The notes under the pieces were generated by a model. It ran no database searches, was not told the origin of the DNA, and saw only the letters and a list, made by a program, of their open reading frames with translations. Below are positions 1 through 9,523 of a stretch of 64,000 nucleotides of DNA, piece by piece (the stretch's first letter is position 1; every line of letters starts with the position of its first letter). The stretch is from a virus: IMG/VR virus record IMGVR_UViG_3300021171_000008, positions 1 through 64,000 of that record. One strand, given 5' to 3'. The position numbers and the translations under genes are program-made.

Positions 1-423
1 GACGCCGCCAACAAGACCTACGTCGACAACTTGATCGCCAATCTCCGGCTGTTCCTGGGGACGTGGCAAGTCGCGGCGAACACTCCTGACCTAACTGTCA
101 CGGCGGGATTGACGGCGGGCGATTACTTCATCGCGGTCACCGTCAACCCGACCGTGCCCGAGACGGCGCCAGCAGGCGTTCCTGGCATTGGCGGCCAGCT
201 GATCGCCAACGGCGATATTGTGATCTGGAACGCTGGACTGGCGCTATTCGAGATCATTCAGGGCTCCGGCCTGACGATGGCGGAAGCCGACGGGCTCTAT
301 GTCAGGCTGGACGGCGGCACGATGACCGGCGATCTGATTCTCGATGGAGACCCGACGAACAATTTGGGCGCCGCGACCAAACAGTATGTTGACAATGCGG
401 TGATCGACGCGGGAACTTTCTGA
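1..423 (+). CDS. 3' part of tail fibre/structural protein (5' end outside window)
   Basis: Open frame from window start; GGTMTGDL..AATKQYVD repeats typical of tail fibre shafts. Confidence 0.7.
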   Translation, partial: DAANKTYVDNLIANLRLFLGTWQVAANTPDLTVTAGLTAGDYFIAVTVNPTVPETAPAGVPGIGGQLIANGDIVIWNAGLALFEIIQGSGLTMAEADGLYVRLDGGTMTGDLILDGDPTNNLGAATKQYVDNAVIDAGTF

Positions 424-472
424 TGCACTAAGGGCCGGAACATTCCGGCTGCGACGCGAGGGCTAGATAGCC

Positions 473-1876
473 ATGGTGAACCGCGTTCAGACGCTTCGCT
501 CTTCGGTGCCGGGGACTGCCCCCGCCCCAGGCACGCGCCAGCCCGGAGAGCTGTACGTAAACTTCCCCGACAATGCGCTCGGCGTCATCGACCCGACGCA
601 AAATCCCGTCGACCTGATCCCAGTGCGCTATTTCTCGTCTTTGGCGAGCTACTTCACCGGGGACTGTGTTCTCCAGAACGGGAGGATCTACGTCGCCACG
701 GGCATTTTCGGACCGGGTCCATTCAACCCGGCCGATTGGAACGTCGTGACGATGGCGACGGACCTCGCCCTCTACATGCCCCTCTCGGGAGGGACGTTCA
801 CGGGCGTGGTGCGGTTCCCGGCGAACAACAGCGTCGTCATCAACGGAGCCGCCGCAAGTCAACGCGCAATCCTCGGTCAGACAGCTGGGTTGAACCGTTG
901 GCAGATGCAGCTGGGGGACTTCACCGCCGAGAGCGGCGCGAACGCGGGGTCCAACTTCGTCCTGACTTCGATGAGCGATGCCGGAGGCAATCTGGGCGTT
1001 CCTCTGTCGATCAGTCGCGCTAGCGGAATAACCACTCTGCAAGGGTTGTCGCTGCCAGGGGGCGCGGCTGGAGACGCACTGACCACAGATGGTGCGGGCA
1101 ACCTATCGTGGGCTGTGCCTGCTGGTGGCGGCCCATCGGGTCCTCCCGTCATAGTCAGCGATACTCCGCCTGCCAATCCGGTCGAGGGCGACCTGTGGTT
1201 TGATAGCATCAGCGCTCAGACCTTCCTTTGGTTTACGGATGCGACCTCAAGCCAGTGGGTAATCGCCAACAACGCGCAGGGCGTGGCGGGTCCGCCAGGG
1301 CCTGCCGGCCCAGCGGGCGCCCCCGGCGCGCCTGGAGCGCCTGGAGCCCCCGGCGTGGGCTTCCCCGACGCACCGACAGATGGCCAGATCTATGGGCGCC
1401 AGGACGTCGCTGGAACCATGAGCTGGACGGCCGCAGCGGGCATCATCGGCGTCATCAATGGCAGCGACGCCGCCGCCGGTCAGGTCGGCGAAGTCATATC
1501 CAGCGTTATTTCTTTTCTCAATCGGGTGAGCGTTCTGGCCAACGCAGTCACCGTTGTCACATCAATTGCGCTGACGCCGGGAGATTGGGACGTTTCTGGC
1601 AATGTTGCGTGTTATTTAAACGCCGAAGTTGCCACGGCGATAAGCGCTAATATTAGTAATTCTGCGACAGTCCTTTCTGCGAATGCGCTTAACGGTTCGA
1701 TGAATGCGCTTCGGCCAAATGGCGGCTTTGCTAGTGCTCAGACAAATTATCTTCCACTCAATACTTGTCGTGTTTCTGTATCGGTTCCGACGACTTATTA
1801 TCTTCTTTGTCAGGTCCAAACCGCGACAATGACTTCCAGTGCTAGCGGCTTTATTTGGGCGAGGCGAGCGCGATGA
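473..1876 (+). CDS. Tail fibre protein with short collagen-like repeat
   Basis: GELYVN N-terminus, LSGGTFTG, SDTPP..GDLWFD module, GPPGPAGPAGAPG repeat; lower-GC C-terminal region. Confidence 0.75.
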   Translation: MVNRVQTLRSSVPGTAPAPGTRQPGELYVNFPDNALGVIDPTQNPVDLIPVRYFSSLASYFTGDCVLQNGRIYVATGIFGPGPFNPADWNVVTMATDLALYMPLSGGTFTGVVRFPANNSVVINGAAASQRAILGQTAGLNRWQMQLGDFTAESGANAGSNFVLTSMSDAGGNLGVPLSISRASGITTLQGLSLPGGAAGDALTTDGAGNLSWAVPAGGGPSGPPVIVSDTPPANPVEGDLWFDSISAQTFLWFTDATSSQWVIANNAQGVAGPPGPAGPAGAPGAPGAPGAPGVGFPDAPTDGQIYGRQDVAGTMSWTAAAGIIGVINGSDAAAGQVGEVISSVISFLNRVSVLANAVTVVTSIALTPGDWDVSGNVACYLNAEVATAISANISNSATVLSANALNGSMNALRPNGGFASAQTNYLPLNTCRVSVSVPTTYYLLCQVQTATMTSSASGFIWARRAR

Positions 1877-3264
1877 TCGACTTCCCAGCCAGCCCCACCA
1901 TCGGCGATCAGTTCACATCAGGCGGAACCACTTGGGAGTGGGACGGGGCCAAGTGGACGATCGTCCCAGGAACCTCGGGGCCTCCCGTCATCATCAGCGA
2001 CACGCCGCCCGCCAGTCCAGTAGTCGGCGACTTGTGGTGGGATAGCATCGGCGGCCAGCTCTATTGCTGGTTCGTCGATCCGACCTCGTCGCAGTGGGTG
2101 GTGGCGACCAACAACAGCGCGGCGATGCAGGGCTACTTGCCTTTAACGGGCGGCGTACTCAGCGGTCCGCTGACGGGTCAGGCGGCGACCTTCAGCGGGA
2201 TGCTGACTGGAGTGAACGCCACGCTCACCGGCGCCCTGGTCGCCAGCGGCGGCGGCACGCTCGGCGGCGCGTGGACCTTCAGCAACAATGTGACAGTGAA
2301 CGGCGCGACGACGCTCGCCAGTCTCACGACGAACGCGGCGACGGCCAACAACGGCCTCACGGTCACGGGCGTTCTCCCCGGCGGGCCGTTCGCCACCTAC
2401 GGCCTAGCGGTCGATGGCGGCGCGGATGGGGGGTACATCGCGCTGAACGCTGCGACGGCTGCCGCCGGAACCGGCGTCTTTGGTTATGTCGGCGACTTAG
2501 CGCGTTGGGGAATCAATCTCGGCGATGGCGCGGCGGAAACCGGCGCCAATGCCGGGTCGAACTTTTCAATCACTTCTTACGACGACACGGGCGCTGCTCT
2601 CGACACGCCGCTCTCGATCAATCGCGCCACCAGCAGCGCGACGTTCAGTAGCAACGTCACCGCCATTGGCTTTTTTACGACTAGCCTTGCAAGTGGTGAG
2701 TCGGTGATCGAGGTCGGCGGCGGGATACCCCAAGCCGGTGGCGGCCCTTGGTGGTTTCACACTACTGGCGGCGACTGCTTCGTGACTTTTCTCATTGATG
2801 GTGCGTTCGGGACCAATTTCGGCCTCAACGCCAACGGCCACTTCTACCAGGGCGGCTGGTCTGACGGCCCTGTTTACACGCAGTTTTGGACGTCAGCCGA
2901 CTTCGCCAATCCGGCTTGCGACTACCGGATCAAGGCGGATGTCGCGCCGCTCGCCTCGACCTGGGATCACGTCAAAGCGCTCAAACCGATCCGCTATCGG
3001 CAGAAGGAATTTTCGTTTCAGGAGCTTCCGGCGCCGACGCAGAGACGCGAGACCAATGTACCGTTGATCGAGGCCGACGATCGAGAGCGCTGGGGCTTCA
3101 TCGCCCACGAGCTTCAGGAGACGCTGGGTGAAACCGCTGCGACCGTAAGCAAGGATCATCCTGATCGGCTTCAGTCTCCGAACTTGATGGCTTTGATCGC
3201 CGCGCTGACGCGCACGGTGCAGGAACTCCAGGCGCGCGTCGAAGAGCTGGAGGCGCGGCCATGA
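1873..3264 (+). CDS. Tail fibre/spike with C-terminal intramolecular chaperone (peptidase S74-like)
   Basis: ATGA overlap with upstream gene; CDYRIK..GFIAHELQE..ELQARVEELE C-terminus. Confidence 0.8.
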   Translation: MIDFPASPTIGDQFTSGGTTWEWDGAKWTIVPGTSGPPVIISDTPPASPVVGDLWWDSIGGQLYCWFVDPTSSQWVVATNNSAAMQGYLPLTGGVLSGPLTGQAATFSGMLTGVNATLTGALVASGGGTLGGAWTFSNNVTVNGATTLASLTTNAATANNGLTVTGVLPGGPFATYGLAVDGGADGGYIALNAATAAAGTGVFGYVGDLARWGINLGDGAAETGANAGSNFSITSYDDTGAALDTPLSINRATSSATFSSNVTAIGFFTTSLASGESVIEVGGGIPQAGGGPWWFHTTGGDCFVTFLIDGAFGTNFGLNANGHFYQGGWSDGPVYTQFWTSADFANPACDYRIKADVAPLASTWDHVKALKPIRYRQKEFSFQELPAPTQRRETNVPLIEADDRERWGFIAHELQETLGETAATVSKDHPDRLQSPNLMALIAALTRTVQELQARVEELEARP

Positions 3265-4520
3265 TCGACTTTCCAGCCTCCCCTACGGTAGGCCAAGAAT
3301 TTACTTTCGCAGGCGTTACTTGGACTTGGGACGGGACCAAGTGGCTGGCGGCTGGGACCAGCCCTGGCTTCCTGCCGCTGACCGGCGGAGTCCTGACCGG
3401 CAATCTCGGCGGCGTAACCGCTGATTTTAGTGGTCAGGTGAATGCTCAGACGTTGGCTGGCCCAACCGGCGTTACGCCTCCCGTGGCGGCGGCGTCCCCT
3501 CCAGTCGCCGACAACAGCCTCGATTTGGCGACCACGGCGTGGGCCAACGCCAACGTCAAGATGGGCGACAACAGGCTCATCAATGGCGACATGCGGGTCG
3601 ATCAGCGTGGCGTCGCCAGCGGCGCGGGCGGGACGGCGGCCGGTTATACTATTGATCGCTGGCAATATTCTGCGATACAGGCTGCCAAAGGGACATGGAC
3701 GCGAAGTGCTTCGTCTGCGCCTGGGTTCCCTTATGCCTTGATGTTCACATCGTCGTCGGCTTACGCCGTTGTGAACAACGATATCTTCCTCTTCCTCCAA
3801 AACATCGAAGCCGACATGATCAGCGACTTCGCGTGGGGAACACCCAATGCGCAGCCGGTCACCTTGTCGTTTTGGGCTTATTCCAGTCTGATCGGGACGT
3901 TCAGCGGTGGTATCCGCAATCTCGCTATCCAGCGTGCTTATCCATTCACCTATTCGATTCCGGCTGCGAACACCTGGACGAAGATCAGCGTCACCATTCC
4001 GGGTGACACGGGTGGCGCATGGCCGCTTTCCGGCAGTGGAATCGGCGCGACGCTGGGTTTTAGCCTGGGGGCTGGGACCGGGACTTATAGCGCCCCTGCC
4101 AATGTGTGGGGCTCGACTTATGCCCTTGCTGCCCCTGGCTCGGTTAGCGTCGTCGGGACCAACGGCGCGATTTTTCAGATCACCGGCGTCAAGTTGGAGA
4201 TTGGCCCCGCAGCAACGCCGTTTAATCGCCAGTCGCTGGCCAAGAGTTTGGCGGATTGTCAGAGGTATTATCAGGCAAGAACGAATATGATCCAAATCGT
4301 TTCTTACATTAACGCTGGGGCTGATTTATATCAAGTCAATGGACTCCCCGTAACCATGCGTGTTGCTCCAACTGTCAACTTCACTGCTGCTTCATACTCT
4401 AATTGCAGTGCCGCTACTCTTAATCAAATTAGCCAAGATTGGATTACTGCACAAGCATCAGCTACAGCGACGGGCACTGCCTTCTTTACCATAACTTACG
4501 AGGCATCAGCGGAGCTTTGA
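3261..4520 (+). CDS. Tail fibre/receptor-binding protein
   Basis: MIDFPASPT N-terminus shared with previous gene; NRLINGDMRVDQR...DRW...VKLEIG..ATPF...CQRYY carbohydrate-binding-type fibre motifs. Confidence 0.8.
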   Translation: MIDFPASPTVGQEFTFAGVTWTWDGTKWLAAGTSPGFLPLTGGVLTGNLGGVTADFSGQVNAQTLAGPTGVTPPVAAASPPVADNSLDLATTAWANANVKMGDNRLINGDMRVDQRGVASGAGGTAAGYTIDRWQYSAIQAAKGTWTRSASSAPGFPYALMFTSSSAYAVVNNDIFLFLQNIEADMISDFAWGTPNAQPVTLSFWAYSSLIGTFSGGIRNLAIQRAYPFTYSIPAANTWTKISVTIPGDTGGAWPLSGSGIGATLGFSLGAGTGTYSAPANVWGSTYALAAPGSVSVVGTNGAIFQITGVKLEIGPAATPFNRQSLAKSLADCQRYYQARTNMIQIVSYINAGADLYQVNGLPVTMRVAPTVNFTAASYSNCSAATLNQISQDWITAQASATATGTAFFTITYEASAEL

Positions 4521-4522
4521 CC

Positions 4523-4738
4523 ATGGCCTATACGCAAGTCTGGGATTCTACGCGCAACCAAGTCCACGACGGCATTATCCAGCGCGACGAGGACGGCGCG
4601 TTCATCCCGTTCGACCCCGCTAACCGCGACTATCAGGACTATTGGGCTTGGCTCAATGAGGGCAACCAGCCCGCTGCGCCAGCGCAGACGCCTGCCCCGC
4701 TGCCAGCTAGACCGCCGCAAAAATCAAGCCGCAAATGA
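4523..4738 (+). CDS. Small tail-fibre assembly-associated protein
   Basis: IPFDPANRDYQDYWAW motif, directly after fibre genes. Confidence 0.55.
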   Translation: MAYTQVWDSTRNQVHDGIIQRDEDGAFIPFDPANRDYQDYWAWLNEGNQPAAPAQTPAPLPARPPQKSSRK

Positions 4739-5535
4739 GCTACACCTACGCCCAGTTTCAGCTCGCGCTCGCGAGCGAAATGATCGTTCCGAACAACAAC
4801 GTGAACGAGCCGAATTTCGTGCTCATTCTGCCAACGATCATCGATTACGCCGAGCAGCGCTGCTACCGCGAGCTGGACTGCCTGCACGCCGAGGCGCGGC
4901 AATGGTTCCCGATGACCGCCTACCAGCGCGAGCAGAGTTTCCTGGCGAGCGCCGCGACTTCAGCGAACCCGTCCCCCGCGCAGCAGATCCTCATCCCCGA
5001 GCGCGTCATCATCCAGCCTGTCGGCGCCACGCCTCCGATTGCCGGCGTGCCGCCCACGATGGGAGGCGAGCCCGCCGTTCCGGTCACCGTCGATTATATC
5101 GACGCCATCTACAGTGGCCTGTTTCCCGATCCTGGCCCATTTGGTCGGCCGAAAGTCTTCGCGCCGCTCACCGACACGGTCCTCGCTTTCGGCCCGACGC
5201 CGGATCAGCCCTATTCCTTCCTGATCCATGGCAAGTGCCGGCCGGTCCCGCTCTACAACGCGCCGCCCGGAGACGGCACACAGACGACGTTCCTGACCCA
5301 GGTCTTGCCCGATCTGTTCCTCGCCGCCGCTATGGTTTCCGCGAGCGGCTATCGCCACAACTTCGGCGCCCAGTCCGACGATCCGCGCATGGCGGTGAGC
5401 TGGGAGGGCCAGTACAACGAGCTGCTCGGCAGCGCGAAGAACGAAGAGACCCGGAAGCGCTTCCTCGGGTGGAACCAGCTGTCGTCCTACAGCGCGACCC
5501 AGGCGGCGCAACCGCAACCGGCCCCAGCGGGATGA
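4735..5535 (+). CDS. Tail tubular protein A / head-tail adaptor
   Basis: IIDYAEQRCYREL, GPTPDQPY, LPDLFLAAAM motifs; synteny. Confidence 0.65.
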   Translation: MSYTYAQFQLALASEMIVPNNNVNEPNFVLILPTIIDYAEQRCYRELDCLHAEARQWFPMTAYQREQSFLASAATSANPSPAQQILIPERVIIQPVGATPPIAGVPPTMGGEPAVPVTVDYIDAIYSGLFPDPGPFGRPKVFAPLTDTVLAFGPTPDQPYSFLIHGKCRPVPLYNAPPGDGTQTTFLTQVLPDLFLAAAMVSASGYRHNFGAQSDDPRMAVSWEGQYNELLGSAKNEETRKRFLGWNQLSSYSATQAAQPQPAPAG

Positions 5536-5538
5536 TCG

Positions 5539-7752
5539 ATGCCTTTCTCCACGGTGAAATTGATGCCGGGAGTCAAGGCGGTCCAGACGCCGACGCTCCT
5601 CCAGGCGAATGTCGTCGCGTCTAATCTGATCCGCTGGAGAGGCGGCCTGCCGGAGAAGTACGGCGGGTGGATGAATTTCTTCTCCTCCATCTTGGGGCCT
5701 TCGGCCGGCGGCCCGTCGAACGTCGCGATCCCCGGCGTCACGCGCGAACTGTGCGCATGGGCTGACCTCAACCTCCAGAACCATCTCGCGGTCGCTGGCA
5801 CGGCAGGCCTAAGCGCCCTGACGCCGACCCAGAACGGCACGCCATTCACGCGGAACATCTCGCCGCAATATATGGTGAGCAATACGAGCCAGATCTTCGT
5901 GACTGCGGCGGGCTCGCCGGTCGTTCAGATCACTGACAACGGCGCGGCGGTCAATAATTACGGCTCGGTCCAAGTCCAATGCCATGTCGCGGTCGGCGGC
6001 ATCGTCGTCTTCGGTTCGTTCCCGGTCACGGCGATGCTGACGGCGTTGCAGTACACAATCATGCTGCCCTTCAATGCGGCCTCGGCGGCTACGGTAAGCG
6101 CGCCATGCGTCGCGACGTTCACCTCGGTCCCGAACAGCGAAGTGATCACCGTCAATCTGCCCAACCATGGGCTCGTGCAGGGCTCGACCTTCGCCCTCCC
6201 GATCCCGACCGTCGTCGGCGCGAATGGCGAGGTCTCGCTTCAGGGCTTCTTCACCGTCCAGCTCATCATCGACGCGAACAACTTCATCATCTTCGCGCCG
6301 TTCTCCGTCCCGACGGCGGCCACCGTTCCCGAGGGCAATTTCGCCGGCTATCCGCAGATCCTCTATTGGGTCACGCAGGCGCCGCTCCTCCCGAACTCAG
6401 GCTGGGGTGTGGGCGGCTGGGGCGTCGGCGGCTGGGGCTCCGGCGCGCAGCCTACCCCGATCGTCGCCAATGAGTTCCCGCCGAATCCTGGGACGCCGGG
6501 GTTCGGCAACATCTCCGAGGACAGTTGGTCGCTCGGCAACTGGGGCTCGCAGCTGATCGCGAACGCGACCAATGGTCCTTTGTTCTTCTGGGACCCGATC
6601 AGCGGCATTCAGAACGCTCAGATGATCGCCAACGGGCCGAGCAATTGCACCGGCTTTTTCATTGGCATGCCCGAGCAGCAGATCATCACCTACGGCGCGA
6701 GCACCGCCCAGGTGCAGGACCCGATGCTGGTCGCATGGTGCGACAACGCGAACTTCAACGCCTGGACTGCGAGCGTCTCCAATCAGGCGGGAACCTACCG
6801 CCTCACGCGCGGGAGCAAGATCGTCGGCGGCATCCAGGGGCCGCAGCAGGCGATGCTGTGGACCGACGTCGGGCTCTGGGCAATGGCGTACATCGGCTAC
6901 CCCGACGTGTTCGGATTCAACGAGGTGGCGCAAGGCTGTGGGCTGATCGGCAAGGACGCCATCGCTGTCTACGGCCCGCAAGTTTTCTGGATGTCGCGTG
7001 ACGCCTTCTGGATGTACTCCAACGGCGTCGTGCAAAGATTGCAGTGCGACGTCTGGGATGTGATCGTCAAGAACCTGAACAACGCGAGGGACAGCAGCGG
7101 AAATTATCTCTATTTCGCGCACATCCGGGGCGCGGCGAACAGCGGCTACGACGAGGTCATGTGGCACTTCCCCTCGCAGGCCTCGGTGAACGGCGAGAAC
7201 GATAGCTGGGTCAAATTCAACCCGGTCACGGGCGAGTGGGACTATTCGCTCTCGACCCCGCAGCAAGGCATGGTCGGCAATACGCCGATCAATGTGAGCG
7301 CGTGGATCGACAACAACATCTTCGGCCATCCGATCAGCTCGATGATCGCGGCCGGCGGCGCGACCTCCATCATCATGCAAATGGAGATGGGAAACGACGC
7401 CAACGGGAAGCCGATCAATTGGATGATCCAGACTGGCTTTTTCATGCTCTCCGACGGCGAGGACAAAGTCTTCGTCGACTTCCTGCTGCCGGACTTCCGC
7501 TGGCGGCGCTGGCAGCAGCCGCAGAGCGTCAGCGCCCAGGTCCAGATCACACTTTACACGGCCGAATATCCGGACGATCCGCAAGATCAATGGGTGGCCT
7601 ACGGTCCCTTTATTGTCACGAATGCCACGGGAGGGATTGAGCCCCGAGCAAGAGGGCGCTATTTCTTCGCCGAGATTCAGGGCAACGACCTCGGATCTTT
7701 CTGTAGGTTGGGCGGTATAAAATTCCGGTTCGCCGCAGACGGGCGAAACTGA
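5539..7752 (+). CDS. Tail tubular protein B / nozzle (P22 gp10-like)
   Basis: 737 aa beta-rich protein; LIRWRGGLPEKYGGW start, GCGLIG, RARGR..RLGGIKFRFAADGR end. Confidence 0.7.
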   Translation: MPFSTVKLMPGVKAVQTPTLLQANVVASNLIRWRGGLPEKYGGWMNFFSSILGPSAGGPSNVAIPGVTRELCAWADLNLQNHLAVAGTAGLSALTPTQNGTPFTRNISPQYMVSNTSQIFVTAAGSPVVQITDNGAAVNNYGSVQVQCHVAVGGIVVFGSFPVTAMLTALQYTIMLPFNAASAATVSAPCVATFTSVPNSEVITVNLPNHGLVQGSTFALPIPTVVGANGEVSLQGFFTVQLIIDANNFIIFAPFSVPTAATVPEGNFAGYPQILYWVTQAPLLPNSGWGVGGWGVGGWGSGAQPTPIVANEFPPNPGTPGFGNISEDSWSLGNWGSQLIANATNGPLFFWDPISGIQNAQMIANGPSNCTGFFIGMPEQQIITYGASTAQVQDPMLVAWCDNANFNAWTASVSNQAGTYRLTRGSKIVGGIQGPQQAMLWTDVGLWAMAYIGYPDVFGFNEVAQGCGLIGKDAIAVYGPQVFWMSRDAFWMYSNGVVQRLQCDVWDVIVKNLNNARDSSGNYLYFAHIRGAANSGYDEVMWHFPSQASVNGENDSWVKFNPVTGEWDYSLSTPQQGMVGNTPINVSAWIDNNIFGHPISSMIAAGGATSIIMQMEMGNDANGKPINWMIQTGFFMLSDGEDKVFVDFLLPDFRWRRWQQPQSVSAQVQITLYTAEYPDDPQDQWVAYGPFIVTNATGGIEPRARGRYFFAEIQGNDLGSFCRLGGIKFRFAADGRN

Positions 7753-7753
7753 A

Positions 7754-8044
7754 ATGGCGGGTCAGGTCAGCGGCGGCGAATTGCAGACGTTGATCTCAAC
7801 GCTGCAAAACGGAAACACGCAACTCGGCCATATTTTTCAGGCGCTAGGCGGCGTTGCCCCGCTGGCCACCGCGATCTCCGCGCTCGCTGCCACCTCCGCC
7901 GCCGTCCCGCAGATGGGCGAGGTCGTGTCGCGCACTGGCGGCGCTGGCCTCTCAGCGCCTCTGCCGGACGCCCCAGAGGGCTACGTCACCATCGACATTC
8001 CTGGCGTGGGGCCTCGGCTCATTCCTTACTATCCGGTGGGATAG
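7754..8044 (+). CDS. Hypothetical virion protein
   Basis: Tightly packed ORF in structural operon. Confidence 0.5.
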   Translation: MAGQVSGGELQTLISTLQNGNTQLGHIFQALGGVAPLATAISALAATSAAVPQMGEVVSRTGGAGLSAPLPDAPEGYVTIDIPGVGPRLIPYYPVG

Positions 8045-8048
8045 CGCC

Positions 8049-8768
8049 ATGAACGGCTCCGGCTACAACCCTTCGGCGATTCAGATCCGGCGGCAGCTCG
8101 GCGCCACGCGGCCGGTTCGCCCGCCGAGACTGCCGACGGCGAACGCGAACCCGAAGCTCGGCGGATCGCTCAACCTTCACTCGCTGATGCGGCCAGGGCG
8201 CGCGAGCGGCGGCGCAATCAACGACAGCCCCGAGACCCCGTTCACGGGCGGCATCATGTCGGTTGGAGCTGGTCGCGCCGATGACGTCCCGATGCACGTT
8301 CCTGACGGGGCTTATGTCGTGCCGGCGTGGGGGGTCAGCCACCTGGGCGAGGGGAACACGATGAGCGGCATGGCCATGCTCAAGGGCATGTTCGGGCAGC
8401 CGTGGGGCGCGGCGAAAGCGCCGTGGGGCGCGCCGCAGCCCAAGTCGATGTCGGGGGGAAAGGGCGTCCCGATCCCGAAGCCTCCGCCCATGCATTTTCA
8501 GCCGCCGAATTTCTATCCGCAGGGCATGTCAGCGGAGAACCCCGCGCTCGCGGACCCGAGGCAGAAGCACGGCGGCGCGGCGCGCGGCCCCGGTCCGGCA
8601 GTCCCGATTAACGCGAGCGGCGGCGAGTTCATTATCGCTCCAGATGAGGTCGCACGGATCGGGGACGGTAATATCGACAAAGGACACCTTGTCCTCGACA
8701 AGTGGATCACGCTTCTCAAGAAGGAAGCCGCGAAGACACTGATGAAGCTACCGGGACCAGCCAAATGA
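8049..8768 (+). CDS. Virion/internal protein with xAxGG motifs (GRADDVP..ASGGEFII)
   Basis: ORF in structural operon; 8607-8636 matches the decoded neighbouring array. Confidence 0.6.
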   Translation: MNGSGYNPSAIQIRRQLGATRPVRPPRLPTANANPKLGGSLNLHSLMRPGRASGGAINDSPETPFTGGIMSVGAGRADDVPMHVPDGAYVVPAWGVSHLGEGNTMSGMAMLKGMFGQPWGAAKAPWGAPQPKSMSGGKGVPIPKPPPMHFQPPNFYPQGMSAENPALADPRQKHGGAARGPGPAVPINASGGEFIIAPDEVARIGDGNIDKGHLVLDKWITLLKKEAAKTLMKLPGPAK

Positions 8769-8800
8769 ACTGGGAGGACGAGACGTGACCCTCATCCTCC

Positions 8801-8914
8801 CAGCCTTGGCGTGCCTGCCTGCCTTGCCTTGCCTCGCCATGCCACGCCAAGCCTCGCGCCGCCCCGCCGAGCCGCGCCTTGCCATGCCTCGCATGGCCAC
8901 CGCCATGCCCCGCC
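8801..8914 (-). ncRNA. Stand-alone GGY-NN pentamer array (putative guide RNA unit B)
   Basis: GGC-NN periodicity; upstream promoter-like TTGCAG..TATCT; 5' hairpin GCATGGC-GGTG-GCCATGC; 3' hairpin 8770-8803. Confidence 0.8.
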
Positions 8915-8954
8915 CAGATAACATGATTTGCACGAACTGCAAGGGCGCTCAGCC

Positions 8955-9521
8955 ATGAAAGATTTTAGCCGCGAGCACGAGAACGAGCTGCGCTCGACGC
9001 CACCGCGCATCCCGATCCGCTTAGCCGACGACGACGACGAGTTGGGCATCTTAGACATGTGCCGGTTGATGCACCGCGAGCAGCCCTATCACAGCTTAAA
9101 CATCGGCAAGGTCGCGGCGATGATTCGGCTAGCCATCCATCAAGGGCCGGAGCGGCGCGGCATCCTCGGCGTCATTGGCGAGCGCGATCATCTCAGGGCG
9201 GCCATCTTCCTGCTGATCGAGCCGATTTGGTACAGCGACGACTGGCAGTTGTTGGAATTTTTCAATTTCGTGCGGCCCGAATATCGGCGCCAAGCTTACG
9301 CCCAAGACCTCATCGCTTACGCCAAGCGCTGCTCCGATCAGATCGGCCTCGATCTCACCATCGGCGTGTTCTCGAACGTCCGGACCGCCGCGAAGATCCG
9401 GCTCTATCGCCGCTGGGTCCCGCAGTTCGGCGCGTTCTTCTGTTACGCGCCGCCGAACCGGAAACCGTTTATCGATCGCCTCGCTGAAATGACCCCCGCG
9501 AACAAAGTCGCTGCGGAGTAG
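8955..9521 (+). CDS. GNAT-fold acetyltransferase-like protein
   Basis: IRLADDDD start, FNFVRPEYRRQAYAQDLIAYAK motif A-like; usual position before podovirus ejection genes. Confidence 0.6.
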   Translation: MKDFSREHENELRSTPPRIPIRLADDDDELGILDMCRLMHREQPYHSLNIGKVAAMIRLAIHQGPERRGILGVIGERDHLRAAIFLLIEPIWYSDDWQLLEFFNFVRPEYRRQAYAQDLIAYAKRCSDQIGLDLTIGVFSNVRTAAKIRLYRRWVPQFGAFFCYAPPNRKPFIDRLAEMTPANKVAAE

Positions 9522-9523
9522 CC

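Noticed and set aside
6400-6440. GGC-rich run resembling another guide array
   Set aside because: In-frame GWGVG peptide repeat within the tail tube gene (15-nt period).
6745-6765. U3 match to tail tube B (NANFNAW)
   Set aside because: Only 5 of 11 dinucleotides match; not distinguishable from chance by eye.
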